A stretch of DNA of 64,000 bases, taken from contig OZ244999.1 of the NCBI GenBank assembly GCA_965223265.1, forward strand, positions 5,216,001 to 5,280,000. The letters are read 5' to 3'. How positions within the stretch are numbered: position 1 is the first letter of the stretch; every line of letters starts with the position of its first letter. The notes under the pieces were generated by a model. That model searched no databases. It was not told the DNA's origin and saw only the letters and a list, made by a program, of their open reading frames with translations. Origin of the DNA: Planctomycetota bacterium (lineage in GTDB: Bacteria > Planctomycetota > UBA8108 > SXIK01). A program made the position numbers and the translations under genes. Positions 59,163 to 64,000 of this stretch are shown one piece after another.

Positions 59163-60083
59163 CTAATCGGCAAGCGGCGAACGAACGACCAGGACCGAGC
59201 AGGGAGCACCCCGCACGACTTTTTCTGCGACGCTCCCCAGGAGGAACTGCCTGACTCCGCGCCAGCCGTGAGTGGCGGTAATGATGAGATCGGCACTCTC
59301 GGCCTCGGCAAACCGCGTCACCTCCGCAGCGGGCTGCCCCTCCTGAATGACGAGCTCGCATTCGACACCGTCAAGGTGCTCTGTTTTCAATTCCTCGAAT
59401 CGCCTTTTGGCGTTTTCAGGAGCTGCGGCGCGCGCACTCTCAAGTGAAGCGACCACAACAGATCCCGGCACTTCCAAAACTACCGGCGGCAGGGGTTCGA
59501 GGACGTAGACGAACGTACATCGCGCGCCAAACGCGCTGGCGAACCGACGCAGCACTGGTAGAGCGGCTTTCGCATTCTCTGAAAAATCAAACGGTACAAT
59601 GATCCGCTTGAATCCGGCGTTGACCTCAGAGTCCTCTCGCGGGGCTCGGCCGACAAGCACGGGGACGTCACTCACCTGCACCAGCTTCTCGACGTAGCTG
59701 CCGAGCAGCGCGCGGCGCCACCCCCCGGCACCGTGGGTCGCCGTGACGACCAGGTCGATCTCATTGCCTACAGCGTAGCGCGACAGTGCGATCTGAGCGA
59801 ATTGATCGACGAGAAGGACCGGTTCCACGTCGACGTCACGAAACACAGCTTGGCTTTCGACCTCGCTGCGGAGTCGTGCTTCCAGCTCGACGATGTAGGC
59901 GCGCTGCTCGACCTGCGCCGAGACGCCGCCAAACGGGGGATAAAAGAGCAGCGGTAGCTGCTGCGTCGTGTGCACGAGCGAAAGTGACGCTTTGAATCGA
60001 TCGGCAAGTTCGCGCGCCACTGAATAGCACGTGCGAGCCGTATCTGAAAAGTCAGTCGTTACTGCGATTGCCTTGATTTCCAT
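59163..60083 (-). CDS. Tandem-domain universal stress protein
   Basis: Two USP domains: TTDFS..ATHG..G..R.LLGS..EK and PFDFS..ATHG..G..Q.LLGSVAEKVVR.APCSVL. Confidence 0.93.
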   Translation of the reverse strand: MEIKAIAVTTDFSDTARTCYSVARELADRFKASLSLVHTTQQLPLLFYPPFGGVSAQVEQRAYIVELEARLRSEVESQAVFRDVDVEPVLLVDQFAQIALSRYAVGNEIDLVVTATHGAGGWRRALLGSYVEKLVQVSDVPVLVGRAPREDSEVNAGFKRIIVPFDFSENAKAALPVLRRFASAFGARCTFVYVLEPLPPVVLEVPGSVVVASLESARAAAPENAKRRFEELKTEHLDGVECELVIQEGQPAAEVTRFAEAESADLIITATHGWRGVRQFLLGSVAEKVVRGAPCSVLVVRSPLAD

Positions 60084-60121
60084 ACACGACTCTCTCGATT
60101 CCTATTCAGCTCCTACTCAGA

Positions 60122-61063
60122 TCAACTCGTACTCGGTGTCGCCTCTTTGATCGTCTCGGGATCGGGGCGAACCGTCAATACTGAACAAGGCGCCTGCCTC
60201 GCGATCCGCTCCGCCACACTCCCCATGATCAAGCGCTGGACCCCGGACCAGCCGTGCGTCGCCATCAACACCAACGGCACGCGTCGATCAACAGCGGCAC
60301 GGACGATCTCATGCACGGGAACACCGGTGACACTCACGAGGTCAACATCAACGCCCTCGAGCTCTTGCTGGCGGAGCTTGTCGAATCTGCTCTGGGAAAT
60401 GTCCGCGGCATGGAATGCTGCTTCGCGGAGGGGCGACTCCTGACCCGCTGGTGGAATCTTCGCGAGTGCGTACGGAATCGGCGGCAACACATGCATCACC
60501 GTAAACTTTGTCCTGAAGTGCTCCGAGAGGAGGCGCATGACGGGGAAAACCGCGGTGGCGGACTCCGAGAAATCAAACGGAACGAGGACGCGGTCAAACG
60601 CTTGCGGCTGGTCGGCATCTGACGACTGGCGAACGACAAACACGGGGCACGGTGAAATACGCAGCAGCTTCTCAGCGACGCTTCCAAGCAGGAAATGTGC
60701 AATTCCGGACCGGCCGTGTGTCGAAATGAACGTTAGATCGATTTGATTCTGCGTGAAGTAGTCGACCAGCGCTCGACAGGAATCGGTTCCGATGACAACC
60801 GCTGGCACGACCTTGAGCCCTTCAAACTCGGCGTGCGCGCGACTCTCACGCGCCACATCGTCGCGAAGATCGTCGAGATCCTTCGTCTGCGGCAACTCCG
60901 CCGCGGCGTCCTCATGCAGATAGTAAAACGGCGGTAGCGTCTCCGCCGCATGAACCAAGTGGAGCTCGGCGCCAAACGCCTTGGCCCAGTGAGCAGCGGA
61001 TGGAAACGCTGCGGACGCGTGTTCGGAGAAGTCGGTCGTGACGGCAATCTTGCGAATTTTCAT
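60122..61063 (-). CDS. Tandem-domain universal stress protein (paralog)
   Basis: TTDFS, STHGRSG..H.LLGSVAEK, PFDFS, ATHGWSG..R.IMGSVAER. Confidence 0.93.
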   Translation of the reverse strand: MKIRKIAVTTDFSEHASAAFPSAAHWAKAFGAELHLVHAAETLPPFYYLHEDAAAELPQTKDLDDLRDDVARESRAHAEFEGLKVVPAVVIGTDSCRALVDYFTQNQIDLTFISTHGRSGIAHFLLGSVAEKLLRISPCPVFVVRQSSDADQPQAFDRVLVPFDFSESATAVFPVMRLLSEHFRTKFTVMHVLPPIPYALAKIPPAGQESPLREAAFHAADISQSRFDKLRQQELEGVDVDLVSVTGVPVHEIVRAAVDRRVPLVLMATHGWSGVQRLIMGSVAERIARQAPCSVLTVRPDPETIKEATPSTS

Positions 61064-61142
61064 GTCAACTCTCCCTGATCGTCCCGGTGCTCGGTCGAAC
61101 CGCGACTCGCGGAGGCACGTCGACTCAACAACCTCTCAGTGC

Positions 61143-61176
61143 GGTGGACACGTGCTGAGGTGGACACGTGCTGAGG
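61143..61176. repeat. Perfect 16-bp tandem duplication
   Basis: GGTGGACACGTGCTGA x2 plus GG; each unit contains the palindrome CACGTG. Confidence 0.9.
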
Positions 61177-61184
61177 ATTCATTC

Positions 61185-61200
61185 CGCACACCGCGTGCCA
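61185..61200 (-). promoter_or_regulatory. Putative sigma54 promoter (USP-USP unit)
   Basis: The minus strand reads TGGCACGCGGTGTGCG = GG-N10-GC. Confidence 0.6.
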
Positions 61201-61436
61201 GATTCGATTCACGGCTCAGAGCGCTGAGCCGAGCGATTTTCACCTGTCGGCTCGTCGATCGAGAGGGCGAAATATCCCCCGCACGCGACATTTTCCGCCC
61301 CATCTGCTCTCGTGTGGGGCCGCCATGACCCCGGCTTCTCGATGATTTTGCGATTCTGGTCGCGCTCACTTTTCCCTGCCGACCTCGCACGGACAGGACT
61401 CGACCGAGGCGTGTTCGTTTCAGTACGATTCGAATC

Positions 61437-63119
61437 ATGAGTGAAAACCGCGACCCATCGGAGGGTGTCAGTTGGGCGACAAACGAGCCACAGTCCAAGA
61501 CACCGCAGGCGGTGTCACAGGACGACATTGTTGCGTTTCTGAGCCGGGCAGACGCCTATCCGTTCGCTGCGGCGACGGACACGGTCGAGGTCTTCCAGAC
61601 GCACGGCTCGTGGGTCTTCGTCGTCGGCGAATACGCCTACAAGCTGAAAAAGGCGATCGACCTTGGATTCTTCGACTACTCGACTCTCGAGCGACGAACC
61701 CATTTCTGCCACGAAGAAGTCCGCCTGAACCGGCGCTTGGCGCCAAGTGTCTATCTTGGCGTCGCCGCAGTGTGGCGAACCGCCGACGGCGCACTCGCCC
61801 TCTCCTGTAGCAACGCACACGGGGGGCAGCAGATTGGTAGCGACTCACCAGACGTTATTGTCGAAAGTCTCGTCTGGATGCGTCGCATCGCTCACGAACG
61901 CCTACTCAGCACGATTGTCGAACGGCGGGCGCTCAAGCAGTCCCAACTTTCTGAGCTGGCTCGTCGACTGGGCGCCTTCTACTTGAGCGCTGAACAAAGT
62001 AAATCCATCGATGAATTCGGCACGCCAGAAGTCATCCGCGTCAACGTCGAGGAGAACTTCGAGCAAACGGAAACAGCCGTTGGCCATCTCATAGACACCA
62101 AACGGTTCGGCGCCATCCGCTCGGCTCAGTTATCATTCCTGACGCTCCGCACGGACGTGTTTGCAGCCAGAATCCGCGGCGGCTGGATCCGCGACTGCCA
62201 CGGTGATCTCCGCGCCGAACACGTCGCTTTCCTACCAGAGCCTGTGGTCGTCGACTGCATCGAGTTTGCGGCACGCCTTCGTTATGGCGATGTGGTATCT
62301 GACATCGCGTTTCTCTTCATGGATCTCGAGCTCCTCGGCCACGCAGAAGTCGCACGCGAGCTCCTGGAACTCTACAAGGCTGCGACATCCGATGATGAGT
62401 GCGACCAAGTTCTCAAGTTTTACCTCAGCTACCGCGCGTTCGTGCGCGCCAAAGTCGACGCGATCAAGCTGACTCAATCCGAGACGCCTGAAGTCGAGCA
62501 ACAAGCTCTGAAACGGCGCGCGCAGCGCCTCTTCGAGCTCTCCTACTTTCACACGCTCGAGTTTCATCGCGCACAGTGCATTCTCGTCAGCGGTCTCTCC
62601 GGAACTGGTAAGACAACACTCGCCGCCGAACTGTCGAGACGCCTCGGAGCGCATCACCTGCGCTCCGACGTCATCCGCAAGAATCTTGCCGGGCTATCTC
62701 CCGACGAGCACGCCGCGGCGCCCTACGGCACTGGCATCTACTCGGATGAGCAGTCGCGACGGACCTATGCTGCTATGGAGCGTTCGACCGCTGAGCTGCT
62801 GACGGCTGGCGCCAGCGTCGTCGTCGACGCGACGTTTTCCCGCGAGGCTCTTCGCGAAGAGTTTCAAGAGGCGGCGCATCGCGCTGGAACAGGCTGCATA
62901 CTTCTGGAGTGCACAGCCCCATCAGCGGTCGTCGCCGCTCGGCTCGTGCATCGTCAGCGCCAAGGCGTCGACGCATCGGACGCGGGCCCCGAGCTGCAAA
63001 GGCAACAAGAGGCCGCATACGATGCGCCAACGAGCAGCTTCAAGATCGACACTTCCGGCAGCCTCGACGGGTCCGTGAGAACCGCTCTGCAGCATATCGC
63101 TCACCAAACTCGACGTTGA
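61437..63119 (+). CDS. Aminoglycoside-phosphotransferase-like plus P-loop kinase fusion (Rv2004c-like)
   Basis: QTHGSWVF, AYKLKK...LGF.DYST.E.R, EEVRLNRRLAP, DCHGDLR..H, DCIEF, GLSGTGKTT, RSDVIRK, DATF, SDA. Confidence 0.9.
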   Translation: MSENRDPSEGVSWATNEPQSKTPQAVSQDDIVAFLSRADAYPFAAATDTVEVFQTHGSWVFVVGEYAYKLKKAIDLGFFDYSTLERRTHFCHEEVRLNRRLAPSVYLGVAAVWRTADGALALSCSNAHGGQQIGSDSPDVIVESLVWMRRIAHERLLSTIVERRALKQSQLSELARRLGAFYLSAEQSKSIDEFGTPEVIRVNVEENFEQTETAVGHLIDTKRFGAIRSAQLSFLTLRTDVFAARIRGGWIRDCHGDLRAEHVAFLPEPVVVDCIEFAARLRYGDVVSDIAFLFMDLELLGHAEVARELLELYKAATSDDECDQVLKFYLSYRAFVRAKVDAIKLTQSETPEVEQQALKRRAQRLFELSYFHTLEFHRAQCILVSGLSGTGKTTLAAELSRRLGAHHLRSDVIRKNLAGLSPDEHAAAPYGTGIYSDEQSRRTYAAMERSTAELLTAGASVVVDATFSREALREEFQEAAHRAGTGCILLECTAPSAVVAARLVHRQRQGVDASDAGPELQRQQEAAYDAPTSSFKIDTSGSLDGSVRTALQHIAHQTRR

Positions 63120-63153
63120 GGCACGACGATCGGGAGAACGACCTGGGGGCAAC

Positions 63154-63639
63154 TCAGCTGCGACTCACCCAACGGACAATGTCGAGCGACGAGATCAGAC
63201 CGACGACTCGCTTGTCGACGACGACGAGAACGCGGTGCACTTTTTCTTCGTCCATCAGATGACAAACTTGTTTGAGACTCGCCTCGGGCTCCACGGCAAC
63301 GACTTTTGGCGTCATCCAGTCCGCGACCAGCTCGCGCCCGAGCGATTCAAGCTCGTAGTCCTCGCGACTGAAAAACTCGTCTCTGTCGGAGAGCGGATTG
63401 AAACGATAGTACCCGTACCGTTCTTCACCACCGTCGCGCTGCACCGAGCGGTCCCGGTGCAGGACATCCGACATCGAGAGAACGCCGACGAGCTCTTCGG
63501 CTTCGTCGACGACCGGTGCACCGCTGATCTGGTACTCTTCGAGGAGCTCGATCGCTCGCTCGATCGGTGTCAACGTGTGCAACCTCACGACATCCTCTTG
63601 CATGATGTCTTGGGCAGTGACCTTCAGCTGTTTCGCCAT
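63154..63639 (-). CDS. CBS-pair protein
   Basis: ISGAPVVD...LVGVLS.SD, V.DWMT, HRVLVV...VGLISSLDIV; AGGAGG RBS. Confidence 0.9.
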   Translation of the reverse strand: MAKQLKVTAQDIMQEDVVRLHTLTPIERAIELLEEYQISGAPVVDEAEELVGVLSMSDVLHRDRSVQRDGGEERYGYYRFNPLSDRDEFFSREDYELESLGRELVADWMTPKVVAVEPEASLKQVCHLMDEEKVHRVLVVVDKRVVGLISSLDIVRWVSRS

Positions 63640-63777
63640 CTTCCGAACCTCCTGAATGGCAGTGCACAGACTCCCGGTTTTTCAAGACCGAAGGACAGAA
63701 CCAAACCGCCGGCCGAACGCCGCCCCCCGAGAGCTGCTGCGCTTGGGCAGCAGCCGCACGCCGTCCAGCCTTGTTGT

Positions 63778-63793
63778 TGCAAACCGTGTTCCA
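63778..63793 (-). promoter_or_regulatory. Putative sigma54 promoter (CBS gene)
   Basis: The minus strand reads TGGAACACGGTTTGCA = GG-N10-GC. Confidence 0.6.
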
Positions 63794-64000
63794 TGGTCGC
63801 ACCTCACTCTACCGCTGCCCGTAGCATCCCGTCGGGACCGCGAAACCGCGGCTTCGCGGCAAAAGGTTGACGACGAGAGACCAGTTCTTTTCGGCCGGAA
63901 GTGCGAAAAAATTCCGGCGCCGCGGAAGTTCCCTGCCGCAGGACGGTTTTCTCTCGGACTACTCGCAGCAGACCGGAGGGGCAACACCCCGATAAAGCGT

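Overview
A GC-rich bacterial chromosomal segment, probably Planctomycetota (inferred from two secreted proteins with C-terminal FLRGDxNxD dockerin-like domains, a long GreA fusion and futalosine-type menaquinone genes). No prophage, intact transposase, CRISPR array, rRNA or tRNA was found. Housekeeping content: ubiE/menG-ubiX-ubiA(mqnP), a Tmk fusion, nagA, rpmH (absent from the ORF track), an SDR with two PTPS genes, LOG, greA, gap, ROK, a stand-alone fusA, a birA-methylmalonyl-CoA mutase-epimerase-propionyl-CoA carboxylase operon, an ABC exporter, and ffs(SRP RNA)-dnaX-ybaB-recR. Most unusual items: (1) a membrane pseudokinase with only a C-lobe and a ~186-residue D/E tail punctuated by ten DDW motifs, coupled to a HEAT-like protein; (2) a ~399-aa histone-H1/Hc2-like Arg/Lys/Ser/Thr/Ala repeat protein hidden by a 1-nt frameshift; (3) an orphan MamK-like actin; (4) an FHA protein, a degenerate receiver with a FliM-N-like peptide, and a doubly anchored coiled-coil protein; (5) a cytochrome c/CBS/USP/Rv2004c-like stress island in which three transcription units each carry a sigma54-type -24/-12 motif and a similar upstream box; (6) a small MITE-like repeat. 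All calls come from reading the sequence and recalling motifs; no database searches were run.
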